A program made the position numbers and the translations under genes. The notes beneath the pieces are model-generated. The model did not search any database. It was given only the letters and a program-made list of their open reading frames with translations, and had not been told where the DNA came from. Positions 45,204 to 54,605 of a stretch of 64,000 bases of DNA are shown in pieces. The stretch's first letter is position 1; each line of letters starts with the position of its first letter. Source of the stretch: an uncultured Actinomycetota bacterium (GTDB lineage Bacteria > Actinomycetota > Humimicrobiia > Humimicrobiales > Humimicrobiaceae); assembly GCA_964616545.1 (NCBI GenBank), contig CAZTUA010000027.1, forward strand, positions 3,163-67,162, written 5' to 3'.

Positions 45204-45566
45204 TTATCTGGATTTTCTTCTTATTTTTTTTAACTTGTAGTTAAGGTCATCTCTGGGTGCATTCCTGTAATTACTTCTTCTTGTATTCTCGCCAAAACCT
45301 CTATTTTTCTGGGGTTTTGCTTCATTCACAACAATCTTTCTTTCCTTAAAGCTCTCCTGGTCAAGCTTTTCTATGGCTCTGGCCGCTTCCTCCGGAGTAT
45401 CCATCTCTACAAAACCAAAACCTTTTGATTTGCCATCAAGACTCCTGATTACTTTTGCATAGACTACTTTACCCTCGCCGGAGAACAATTCCTCAAGATC
45501 ACTGTCCGTGGTAGAGTATTCAAGATTACCTACATACAGTCTTTTATTCACTCTTATTCCTTTCAT
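45204..45566 (-). CDS. RRM (RNP-1/RNP-2) RNA-binding protein with a basic tail
   Basis: RNP-2 LYVGNL and RNP-1 KGFGFVEM. A possible alternative start is the GTG at 45551, preceded by AAAGGAA. Confidence 0.85.
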   Translation of the reverse strand: MKGIRVNKRLYVGNLEYSTTDSDLEELFSGEGKVVYAKVIRSLDGKSKGFGFVEMDTPEEAARAIEKLDQESFKERKIVVNEAKPQKNRGFGENTRRSNYRNAPRDDLNYKLKKIRRKSR

Positions 45567-45975
45567 TTTGTTAAAAATTTTCTTTGCTCATTAAAAACCC
45601 GGGCATAGTACAGATGACACAATAATCGCTGATTTTATTTTGGAAGGCTCAAATATAAGTGCAGACTTTCTACATCAAAATATTATCCAGCAATAACCTG
45701 ATTTTCTTTTCTGATATGCCATAAAAGTATTAATCAGCAATAATTCATTATATATTATATTCATTATTATACAACTTTTATTGACGGTCAATTTCAATAT
45801 TTACATCAATCCATCAGCCGTCAATGCCAGTTTTTCACTCTAAATTATAAAAAATCACTTTTATGAATATATTTCTGGAATTTTTCATACAGGCTATGCT
45901 ATTACCCTCAGTTAGACACAGTATTAACTAAAGTATAGAATAACTGATAATACAATTAACAGAAATAATAAATAA

Positions 45976-46386
45976 ATGGATAAGTACCTGAGAGTTATGA
46001 TTTTTATCTGGGAACTGCCGCAGATTCTGCTTGCAGGTATAATTCTTGTTTTTCTGAGAAAGAGATTCACAGTTCAGGAGACTTTTTATAATTCAAAAAT
46101 CTTTTACGTAAAAAACTTCCCGGGAGGTATTTCGCTTGGCAGGTTTATAATTTTAAATGCAGGATATACAAAAAATGAATCAGTCCTGAGACATGAATAC
46201 GGCCACTCCATACAATCTCTATATCTTGGCTGGTTTTATCTTATAATTGTCGGTCTGCCTTCAATAACAAGGTCAATAATATGGAGACTATTTAAACTTA
46301 ATAAATCAGACTACTATAAAGGATACCCCGAGAACTGGGCTAACAAACTGGGATTCCCGGGGGAAAAGCATGTAGAGATATTGTAA
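45976..46386 (+). CDS. Small membrane protein with an HExxH motif (putative membrane zincin)
   Basis: Two or three TM helices flank RHEYGHSIQS. Confidence 0.5.
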   Translation: MDKYLRVMIFIWELPQILLAGIILVFLRKRFTVQETFYNSKIFYVKNFPGGISLGRFIILNAGYTKNESVLRHEYGHSIQSLYLGWFYLIIVGLPSITRSIIWRLFKLNKSDYYKGYPENWANKLGFPGEKHVEIL

Positions 46387-46464
46387 CAATCATTATGACC
46401 TGCTAATAAACTCTGAAACAGTAAAATAAATTATTCAGGATAATTTAATAATTGTTTTAATCTC

Positions 46465-46671
46465 TTATTGCTCAAGAATGAATGTAACCTTCATCAAAAC
46501 TCTGTATTCCGTTATCACTCCATTATCGTCTGATATAACTTCGAAATCTTTTACCCATGCAGATTTTACATTCCTGAGAGTTTTATTTGCACGTGCAATA
46601 CCCTGTTTTATTGCGTCATCGAAGCTATCCGGAGAAGAAACCTTGATCTCGGTTACCTTTGCAATTGACAT
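46465..46671 (-). CDS. Dodecin-family flavin-binding protein
   Basis: 68 aa: AKVTEIKVSSPDSFDDAIKQGIARANKTLRNVKSAWVKDFEV...YRVLMKVTF, with the typical dodecin length and pattern. AAGGAG lies upstream. Confidence 0.8.
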   Translation of the reverse strand: MSIAKVTEIKVSSPDSFDDAIKQGIARANKTLRNVKSAWVKDFEVISDDNGVITEYRVLMKVTFILEQ

Positions 46672-46874
46672 TTGCCGGCTCCTTAAATATTGAGGTAATA
46701 TTTATCATATATTTTTAAGATATGATAAACAAATGATATTAATTTATATTATATTACTTTACCTGATTTAAATAAAAGTTTTTTAATTTCAGATTTTACT
46801 CTGCTGTGATGCTTTTATTTTCCTGTGCAATCGGCAAGAAGAGAATAATAAGGGATTTAGAACTATATTTTCTG

Positions 46875-47867
46875 TTATTTAACAAAACCCAATCTTCTGG
46901 CTGCAAGATATGCCATTAAGAAGCATATGTTTGATTCGGCTCCCTGGTTTAGGTTTACTCCGTCCTGTGTCAGCCCGTCATAACAGGCAAATTTTTTATC
47001 TACAAGCGAAGCCCCGTTTATATTATTACCATGGAACCACTCATACCATTTTCCAGCTTCCTCCCTGTAGAATTTATTCTTTGTTGCATAATAGGCTTTT
47101 TCAAGACAGCAGACCATATAAGCTGCGTCAATAGGCTGCTGGTCGTACAGGGCTTTTTTACCTCCCCTGAAATACCAGCCCCTGTTCCCAATTACCGAAG
47201 GAATACCCTTTTCCTGGCATTTTTCCATTAAAAACCGTGTTGATTCCTCAGCAATTTTAAGACTGTCCTTACAATTTCTTCTCAAATAAATTTCCCAGAA
47301 GGCCCAGGGTATAATAGCATTTGCATATACAAGGTAATCCTCGAACCATCTCCAGTCACCGGAGCGGGTATTAAGATATAAATTATGTAATTTAAGTTTT
47401 AATACCTTTTCCATACTGTGGGGTTTTTCAAGATTAAGCAGTCCCAGCAGTGCTGCTGACATTGCTCTGGGTGAGGTCCAGCTTGCAGCATCCGCAATTA
47501 AATTTTTAACAATTTTTTTTAAGAAGCCATCTCCTGTATTTTTTACAGTCAGAAGAGCCCACAGTACCAGCCCATAAGCTTCTTTTAAATTCTGGGATTC
47601 CGAATCAATTTCCTTACTTTTAAAAAATCCGCTGCTGCTATCTTCATAAAAAAAATGATATAGAAGGCCATCTTCTCTCCGGGCTTTTAATAAAAACCCC
47701 AGATAAATAGCTTTCAATCTTCTATCTTTAAATTCATCGGCAATCATAAGAGCGCGCGCCTGGTCCTCAATTGCATACCCGAATTCCGGGTCAGGCTTAT
47801 CCAGTTTTCCGTGCTGGTAAATCCCTGTATTTGTGGTCATCTGGCTTATTTTTTTGAGCGGATCCAA
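46875..47867 (-). CDS. Hypothetical protein, Trp-rich and helical, possibly an (alpha/alpha)-toroid glycan-active fold
   Basis: No diagnostic motif recognised. It lies 21 nt downstream of the GT4 gene on the same strand. Confidence 0.4.
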   Translation of the reverse strand: MDPLKKISQMTTNTGIYQHGKLDKPDPEFGYAIEDQARALMIADEFKDRRLKAIYLGFLLKARREDGLLYHFFYEDSSSGFFKSKEIDSESQNLKEAYGLVLWALLTVKNTGDGFLKKIVKNLIADAASWTSPRAMSAALLGLLNLEKPHSMEKVLKLKLHNLYLNTRSGDWRWFEDYLVYANAIIPWAFWEIYLRRNCKDSLKIAEESTRFLMEKCQEKGIPSVIGNRGWYFRGGKKALYDQQPIDAAYMVCCLEKAYYATKNKFYREEAGKWYEWFHGNNINGASLVDKKFACYDGLTQDGVNLNQGAESNICFLMAYLAARRLGFVK

Positions 47868-47888
47868 AAAATCACTCCTGTCCGGCAG

Positions 47889-49130
47889 TCACTCTGATGG
47901 AATCTTTTCAGGGATAGTTCCAGTTATTTCTTTACCACTATCCCTGCCATTGTATTCATAAAGAATCGTATTAAATAATCTTAGATGCTGCATTGCCACA
48001 TTGTACCAGGTCATCAGCCTTCCGTATTTATATGCCTTTTTCTCGACCTCAAGTCTTTTTGGTCTGTTTTTATATATATCTATTACAGCATCTGTAATAG
48101 CATTCGAATCCCTAAAGGGTACTATTATTCCCCGTCCTTCCGATAGAACTTCTTTTGCGTACAGATAGGGCGTAGAGATACATACCCTTCCTGCCCCTAT
48201 TGCATAAGCAAGAGCCCCCGAAGCAGACTGGTGGGGATCAAGATACGGAGTTATATACATGTCTATGGTCAGCAGCCATGAGATAAGCTCTTTAAGTGAC
48301 AGATACTTATTTAAAAACTTCACATTTTCGCCCAGATCCAATTGTTTCACTTTTTTCTTTAAAAAATTTCTGTATTTTTCCCCTTCGTAGCGCGCTACAT
48401 TGGGATGTGTCTGACCTATTATCAGATAAAGTACATGGGGAATATGTTTTTTAATCCCCACCAGGGCTTCTATTGCATACTCAAGCCCTTTATTTTCTGA
48501 GAGAAGATTTATGCTCCCGAGCACCAGCCTGTCTTTAAATCCTCCCTTACTTTCGAATCTACTGCCCGGCTCCAGGGAGATATCGGGAACACCATGGGGA
48601 ATAATCTCTATTTTCTCTTCAGGGTAGTCATATCTTTTTATAAGTTTTTTCTGGCTATCCGGCATCATGACTATTATTCTATCAGCAAACCCGGTTATAT
48701 TTTTTAATACCAGTCCGTATCCTTCATGAGGATTATCAGGAACCGTATGTGCCGTTATAACCAGCGGCTTCTTTAAAAGACCGGCCAGCTTATTCATATA
48801 TACCCCGAATTCCCCTCCGTATAATCCAAATTCGTGCTCGATAAGAACCAGGTCTGCAGAGGATTTATTAATGTATCCTGCAGCTTTAATATATGAATTA
48901 ATATCATTCTGTCTAATTTTAAATTTTACTCTGGCAGGATATTCAATTTTATCTTCAGGCTTATCCATGGCTATAATTTTTGTTTTACAGTAAGGGCTTA
49001 TCAGGTTAATTGCTCTTGTCAGATCCCTCGTGTAGGTAGCAATTCCGCACTTTCTTGGAACATATGATGAGATAAATATGCTGTTTATGCCTCCGCATTT
49101 TTCTTCCATAACTTTTTTAAGCTTTTCCAT
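47889..49130 (-). CDS. GT4 (group 1) glycosyltransferase
   Basis: N-terminal FISSYVPRKCGIATY and a C-terminal GT-B EX7E-type region (PYLYAKEVLSEGRG). Confidence 0.75.
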   Translation of the reverse strand: MEKLKKVMEEKCGGINSIFISSYVPRKCGIATYTRDLTRAINLISPYCKTKIIAMDKPEDKIEYPARVKFKIRQNDINSYIKAAGYINKSSADLVLIEHEFGLYGGEFGVYMNKLAGLLKKPLVITAHTVPDNPHEGYGLVLKNITGFADRIIVMMPDSQKKLIKRYDYPEEKIEIIPHGVPDISLEPGSRFESKGGFKDRLVLGSINLLSENKGLEYAIEALVGIKKHIPHVLYLIIGQTHPNVARYEGEKYRNFLKKKVKQLDLGENVKFLNKYLSLKELISWLLTIDMYITPYLDPHQSASGALAYAIGAGRVCISTPYLYAKEVLSEGRGIIVPFRDSNAITDAVIDIYKNRPKRLEVEKKAYKYGRLMTWYNVAMQHLRLFNTILYEYNGRDSGKEITGTIPEKIPSE

Positions 49131-49288
49131 AAGTAATACTTCCCTCCATAGTTCTTCCGGAAAAATATATTTTTACTTAGATTTAAAAAGGTATATTAAT
49201 ATTTCAGACTAACAAACTAATAATAAGCTTTATTGAGTTTTTATTAAAGCTTTATTAATCTATAAATCAAATGGAATAAAAAATGGTA

Positions 49289-50521
49289 CTAAAAGTCAGG
49301 CGGGAAATTTATCTCTTTCCCTGCCTTTTTCTTCAACCTTGCAAATTTATATGCACTCTTATATTTTTTTGCAACGATCTCCCATGATACAACTTCGTTT
49401 AAATATTTTTTTAGATTTTCAGATAATTTCTTCCTTAAATCCTCATCACAGGCCAGTCTTATAACTTTTTCCTTTAACATTTGCTTATTTGTAAATAAAA
49501 GGCCGCCCTCACTTTCCAGGGTCTGGGTTGTCAGTCCTTCAAGAGGGGCCGTGGTTATATAAGGTTTATTTAAAGCAATAATTCTTGCAAGCGTTCCGGA
49601 CTGTGTTTCATCTACTGTAGGCAATACTATGAACTTGCATACTGCCATTACTTTATAATAAATATCTCCTCTCGGAACAAATTCATAATAATGCGCAATT
49701 CCCTTCTTTTCCAGAAATTCCAGGCTTTTTTTATAATGATTGTAATCTTCCAGATGGGCATTATCCCTTATGGTGCCGGCAGCCAGAAGATCCCAGCTCT
49801 CGCCCGTTTTTTTCTTTATCTCTTTAATTATATCTTCCCACACAGAAGTCAGTATATCCCATCTTTTATTTGACTGTATCCATCCGACCAGACCCACTAT
49901 GTTATTACTTAAATACTTAAACTTATCCAGGCCAATTTCTTTCCTTAATTCCTTAATTCCTTTCTCGCTCCAGCTTCTATCCACCCTTGCTCCGTGGGGG
50001 ATAATCATAATATTTTTGGGCATCTTCCAGCCTTTCTGGGTAAAAGTCCAGTTCAGTCTCCATTTCTGGTAATCACATTTAAATAAAACCACATCGGACT
50101 CTTCACATAGCTGGTAGATGAAATTTTCCTCATGTTCTTTTAACCTCCCATGAACAGTATGGGGCTCGACAACTATCGGGAATTCATTAATGGAGCCCAG
50201 AAATTCTATAAATCCCTGATTTTTGTCTCCGATTCCCCTGTCATCAACATGCTCGTACAGACCGTATTCATGCTCGATGTGCACGGCATACGGTGAAAGT
50301 CTCTTAATCTTTTTTGCTACAGGCTTCCACCAGAAGCGGTGTGATGTATCTATTATGGGGAAAACTCCATCCCCCTTCCCATCTGTGTGGCTTATCACCA
50401 GAACATCTCTTTCGGGATATTCTTTCTGGATAAATTCCCTGGCTTCTTCACAGAACGTTGCTATGCCGCACAGCCTTGGATAATAACTTGAAATTAAAAC
50501 TATCGGTTTCCCTCTTCCCAT
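49289..50521 (-). CDS. GT4 (group 1) glycosyltransferase, paralogue
   Basis: The N-terminal LISSYYPRLCGIATF is the same motif as in the neighbouring gene. GT-B length. Confidence 0.75.
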   Translation of the reverse strand: MGRGKPIVLISSYYPRLCGIATFCEEAREFIQKEYPERDVLVISHTDGKGDGVFPIIDTSHRFWWKPVAKKIKRLSPYAVHIEHEYGLYEHVDDRGIGDKNQGFIEFLGSINEFPIVVEPHTVHGRLKEHEENFIYQLCEESDVVLFKCDYQKWRLNWTFTQKGWKMPKNIMIIPHGARVDRSWSEKGIKELRKEIGLDKFKYLSNNIVGLVGWIQSNKRWDILTSVWEDIIKEIKKKTGESWDLLAAGTIRDNAHLEDYNHYKKSLEFLEKKGIAHYYEFVPRGDIYYKVMAVCKFIVLPTVDETQSGTLARIIALNKPYITTAPLEGLTTQTLESEGGLLFTNKQMLKEKVIRLACDEDLRKKLSENLKKYLNEVVSWEIVAKKYKSAYKFARLKKKAGKEINFPPDF

Positions 50522-50789
50522 TAAACTATCATCTCTTTCCCGGTCTGCGGTTTATTATTTCATTTACTAAAAAAATTTTTCCACCTTCTGCAAATAATAA
50601 ATACAAAATATTTTCTTGTCAATCACATCAGGTAAATATGTTAAGGAATCGGTAAATTCCATATTGTTTTGTTCTAACTTGAAGAATTTTAAAGATTTTA
50701 TAATGCGCTATTGATAACCTTTATGTTAGAATTTAAGTCAGGATGAAAAACATTCATTGTTTTTATTATCTTAAAAAAGGAGGTCTACT

Positions 50790-50927
50790 GTGCCGTTACC
50801 GTGGTGGGCATGGGTCTTGATTGCTGTGGCAGCTATAGCCATACTTATTCCTATTAAAATAAAAGTAGCAAAAATTATGTTTAAAAGAAAGAAGCCCGAA
50901 GACGAAGAATCAAAAGAAGATTTTTAA
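50790..50927 (+). CDS. 45-aa single-pass membrane peptide (below the ORF-track cutoff)
   Basis: AAGGAGG lies 7 nt upstream of the GTG. My translation is VPLPWWAWVLIAVAAIAILIPIKIKVAKIMFKRKKPEDEESKEDF. Confidence 0.45.
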   Translation: MPLPWWAWVLIAVAAIAILIPIKIKVAKIMFKRKKPEDEESKEDF

Positions 50928-50946
50928 GTAATACAACATACAGGCA

Positions 50947-50997
50947 CCAAAAACGGAAAACACCTGGAAAGCAGATAGACTCCATTACAGTTTTCCG
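50947..50997 (-). terminator. Candidate terminator for the LCP gene
   Basis: CGGAAAAC (50954-50961) pairs with GTTTTCCG (50990-50997). On the minus strand it is followed by UUUUU. The loop is long (28 nt). Confidence 0.35.
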
Positions 50998-51056
50998 GTA
51001 TATTACCGTCCTGAAAATATAAACTCTACAGATACAATAATTTTATGAGCCTTTTT

Positions 51057-52331
51057 TTACTGGTTTAAAATATTCCTGAAAAACTGGTTTTTTTCAGCCT
51101 CGTTATAACCGACAGCGCTTGATTTCCCGAACCACTGCGGTTTTGAATTAAATGTTGTTATGGTGATATCTTCTCTTCCCATTGAAAGAGCCACCGGAAG
51201 AATCTGCGCGGCCTGGCTCAATGATATATTGGTCTGGACATACCTTCCCATTATGTTTAAAAAATCATTCAGATTTTTGGAATTTACCATGGACCTCTTC
51301 TGCAGAAGCAGGTCAGCCAGAAGCATAGCAGACTGCCTTTCTCTCGCATAAGCTCCTCCGCCGTAAAGTGATCTTCCTTTTCTTGCCCTTGTTAAAGCAA
51401 GCGCCTGTGTGCCGTTTATCGCATGAGTTCCCGGTGCCAGATAGCAGCCGGAAAATGAATCCGCTATGTTCTCTTCAACTGTAGTGGTCACACCGCCAAA
51501 ATAATCAATAAGAGGGGTAAATCCATCAAAATCGGTTATTATGTAAAAATCAATTTTCGCACCTGTAAACTGCTCAAATTTACTCACAGCATAATCATTT
51601 CCCCCGATTGCATGGTATCCGTTAATTTTCCGTCCCTCAAACCAGGTATCACGCGGTATCGTAACAAGATATGCCTTACGTGTATCAAGATTTAAGTGGA
51701 CAAATACATTAATATCGGTTCTTCCGCTTATCCTTCCACCGGCCCTGTCATGGGCGCTGTCATCACCCCATATAATGAAATTAACTTTTCTTCCCGCGTT
51801 AAAGCCAGACGCAACACCAGAATTATAGCCGGAAAGGGATGAAGAAGCTGAAGAAGCCTGTGAGGGCGCACCGGCATAAGGTATTATTCCATAATTGCTG
51901 CAGAGTTTTGCAAATTCCTGCGATTTAAGAAAACCATCCAGAACCGTTCTCCTGCTTGCTCCTCCGGAAAGCTTTCCCAGCCAGGTATTATAACCTTCTG
52001 GATCAGGTTCGCGGTTAAAAAATGCTCTGTAAAGTATAGCAACAAATGCTTCATCTGAATGGTTCTGTTTCAAAAACTCTTCACTGAAAACGAAGCCCTC
52101 TGCAACATCGGCTCCGGTTTTGGAACCATTTAAAAGGCGGCCGACCCATTCATTAAGCCCTCCAGAATCTGGCTGTCTTCCCAGGCACTGCACATAAAAC
52201 CGGGAAACAAAACTCTGCACCTGTTCTGCGGAGCCTCCGTCAAGGGCTTTCGGGAAGAGAGTTAAAGCTAATATTCCAACCAGAGCTATAACTATAATAT
52301 ACCTGAAACCAGAAAATATTTTTCCTATCAT
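51057..52331 (-). CDS. LytR-CpsA-Psr (LCP) family protein with two N-terminal DUF4214 repeats
   Basis: I prefer the start at the ATG at 52331 (AAGGAG 6 nt upstream). DUF4214-like FVSRFYVQCLGRQPDSGGLNEW and ILYRAFFNREPDPEGYNTW. LCP core GRTDINVFVHLN...VTIPRDTW...DFYIITDFDGF. Confidence 0.8.
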   Translation of the reverse strand: MIGKIFSGFRYIIVIALVGILALTLFPKALDGGSAEQVQSFVSRFYVQCLGRQPDSGGLNEWVGRLLNGSKTGADVAEGFVFSEEFLKQNHSDEAFVAILYRAFFNREPDPEGYNTWLGKLSGGASRRTVLDGFLKSQEFAKLCSNYGIIPYAGAPSQASSASSSLSGYNSGVASGFNAGRKVNFIIWGDDSAHDRAGGRISGRTDINVFVHLNLDTRKAYLVTIPRDTWFEGRKINGYHAIGGNDYAVSKFEQFTGAKIDFYIITDFDGFTPLIDYFGGVTTTVEENIADSFSGCYLAPGTHAINGTQALALTRARKGRSLYGGGAYARERQSAMLLADLLLQKRSMVNSKNLNDFLNIMGRYVQTNISLSQAAQILPVALSMGREDITITTFNSKPQWFGKSSAVGYNEAEKNQFFRNILNQ

Positions 52332-52437
52332 TGTCCACTCCTTATAAAAAAAATAAACCAATCCCCCGGTAGAACTTAAAAATTCTTCCGGAAATAATTC
52401 CTACCATTATACAATTATTTTCAGGCTGTTCAAAACA

Positions 52438-53232
52438 TTAAATAAGTTTTTTTAAAAGAATTTCTTCTATCCTGTTCATCCCCAGCCTGGTCAGTGCAAA
52501 GTCATATTTGACGGGATCGTTTCTATCAAATTTTTTTAAAGCCCCGGTTATTTCCACTGCAGTTTTGATATTTGCCTGTTTCCTCTCTGTAAACCCGAGC
52601 TTCACAGATATTCTGTATATATGCGTATCCAGGGGAATAATCAAAATGGATTTTGGAATACCGTTCCAGCCTCCGGGGTCCACATTATCCCTGCGTACCA
52701 TCCACCGGAGGTAGAGATTTAATCTTTTGAATGCGCTGCCCCCCGCCGGATAAGGCATGAGGCTATTACATCTAATTTCTGCAAGTGCGTTGAGCTTTTC
52801 TGCAAAACTTACCACAGCAGGAAGAACCGTTCTCTCCGCCATCTTATCCTGGTTTTTAAAACCCTCCAGAAAACAATTGTTTAAAGAGCCATATTTTTCA
52901 ATGGCTTTTTTTATGCCTTTAAGAAGACAGCATAATTCACTGCCGGTGGTGAATCTGTGTTTAAAATCCCTGAATTGATTATAAAGCAGCTCCGGAGATG
53001 ACTCCTTTATAAAAGAATATGGATGTGGCGTCATTTTTTTTAGCACATAAGATACACTCTTGAGTATCCGGGCAACTCTTCCGTATGCAAGCGAAGAGGC
53101 GATAAGGCCCGCGATTTCACGGTCTGCCGTTTCTCTGTAATCATATAAAAATTCAAGGGGGTCTGGATGGACAAAACTCCTGCTGTTATACTCCAGATAT
53201 AATTTATCCAGTTCTTTTTTAAATCCTTCCAT
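52438..53232 (-). CDS. TIGR02757/DUF2400-family protein (HhH-GPD-like fold, unknown function)
   Basis: LYLRWMVRRDNVDPGGW...IPLDTHI matches my recollection of this family. Confidence 0.55.
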   Translation of the reverse strand: MEGFKKELDKLYLEYNSRSFVHPDPLEFLYDYRETADREIAGLIASSLAYGRVARILKSVSYVLKKMTPHPYSFIKESSPELLYNQFRDFKHRFTTGSELCCLLKGIKKAIEKYGSLNNCFLEGFKNQDKMAERTVLPAVVSFAEKLNALAEIRCNSLMPYPAGGSAFKRLNLYLRWMVRRDNVDPGGWNGIPKSILIIPLDTHIYRISVKLGFTERKQANIKTAVEITGALKKFDRNDPVKYDFALTRLGMNRIEEILLKKLI

Positions 53233-53312
53233 CTGACCGGTACCGGAATAATTTCTTTTATATTTTTTTTTAACTTAATTCCTGCCCTGTATCAACCCAT
53301 GCATTTTTCTAA

Positions 53313-54500
53313 TTACCTGCCTGCAGATATTTCACTGTGTTTGCTGCTAATTTTCCCGGCTAGTTCATCAAGCGCCTTAAAATCAGGTTCTTTCGGATAC
53401 CCCTTTATAATTACAGGTTCTATAATCTCGGCCTTTAAGGTTGACAGGATATCAGAAAGGATATCAACAGTTTTCCCGCCCCATCCATACGAGCCGATTA
53501 TTGAGGCAAACCTCAGTTTGGGTCTTAATGCTTTAACCAGATAAGCGGCATAAACTATATCTGGATGAGGGCCCGCAAGCACCGTCGGCGTTGCAATTAC
53601 AACCGTTGCAGCATCAACAAGGGCCATTGCAAGCTCCCCCACATCGGATTCGGTAAGATGGAAATCCTTAACAGTAATTCCTTTTCTGTCCAGGGATTTT
53701 TTAAAATGTTCAACCATTTTTCCGGTACTTCCGTGCATTGATACATAGGGTATCACAACTTCATTTTTTACATTATCAGAGGACCAGTCCTTATATGCGT
53801 TAATAATAAAATCAATATTATCGTAAATCGGACCGTGGCTGGGGGCAATAATTTCTATTTCGAGGTCCTTAATTTTTTCCAGGTTTTTTATTATGTTATT
53901 CCTGAAAGGCATCATAATTTCTGCATAATAGCGCTTTGCGGCATTATATATTTTCTTTTCATCTATTACATATAATTCATTGGTCGCGTAATGAGAGCCA
54001 AAAAAATCACAGCTAAAAAGTATTTTATCTTCCTTCAGGTAGGTAGACATCGTTTCGGGCCAGTGAACCCAGGGAGTGAAAATAAATTGAAGTGTTTTGT
54101 CCCCCAGAGAGATTATATCCCCGTCACCAACAATTATAAATTTTTCCTCGGGTATTAAAAGAAGGTCAACAAGCATTGATTTGCATTTCTCATTGGTGAT
54201 TATTCTGGCTTCAGGGTAAGCTTTTATCAGCTCGGGCAGAGAACCTGAATGGTCCTGCTCTGCATGATGTGATACGATATAATCTATTCCACTTAAACCC
54301 AGGCTTTTAAGGTTATTTGCCAGGATATCGTACATCGGCGGATCCACGCTATCCAGGAGTGCAGTTTTTTCTGAACCTCTTATAAAATATGAATTGTATG
54401 AGGTTCCGTCCGGGAGAGGTATCAATTCATCAAACAGCTTCCTGTCCCAGTCCACTGCTCCCACAGAGTAAATATTTTCCTTAATTTTTTGTATGCTCAT
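53313..54500 (-). CDS. fprA: Flavodiiron protein (FprA-type O2/NO reductase)
   Basis: Metallo-beta-lactamase-like di-iron motif VSHHAEQDHSGSL and a C-terminal flavodoxin domain (VIPYVSMHGSTGKM). Confidence 0.88.
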   Translation of the reverse strand: MSIQKIKENIYSVGAVDWDRKLFDELIPLPDGTSYNSYFIRGSEKTALLDSVDPPMYDILANNLKSLGLSGIDYIVSHHAEQDHSGSLPELIKAYPEARIITNEKCKSMLVDLLLIPEEKFIIVGDGDIISLGDKTLQFIFTPWVHWPETMSTYLKEDKILFSCDFFGSHYATNELYVIDEKKIYNAAKRYYAEIMMPFRNNIIKNLEKIKDLEIEIIAPSHGPIYDNIDFIINAYKDWSSDNVKNEVVIPYVSMHGSTGKMVEHFKKSLDRKGITVKDFHLTESDVGELAMALVDAATVVIATPTVLAGPHPDIVYAAYLVKALRPKLRFASIIGSYGWGGKTVDILSDILSTLKAEIIEPVIIKGYPKEPDFKALDELAGKISSKHSEISAGR

Positions 54501-54605
54501 TTAAATCAGTCCTTTTCTTTATTATTGAATATAAATATACACGTAACCTCTGCAGCAGCCGGAATGCGCTGCGCATATATTAATCTGTGTGTGTCCTATC
54601 CGGAC

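Noticed and set aside
46702-46728. A 9-bp perfect inverted repeat TTATCATAT-(9 nt)-ATATGATAA upstream of the dodecin gene, considered as an operator.
   Set aside because: It is entirely A/T in a ~20% GC spacer, where such dyads arise readily by chance. There is no second copy and no known regulator. I noted it but did not promote it to a finding.
7419-52361. The idea that all GC-richer genes (SBP, GH30, LCP, radical SAM, parts of glycerate kinase) are horizontally acquired islands.
   Set aside because: GC varies widely between and within clearly native operon genes. For example, Gly/Ala/Pro-rich stretches of glycerate kinase reach about 60%. Composition alone is therefore weak evidence. I flagged only the AAC(3) gene and the SBP cistron, and both need proper statistics.
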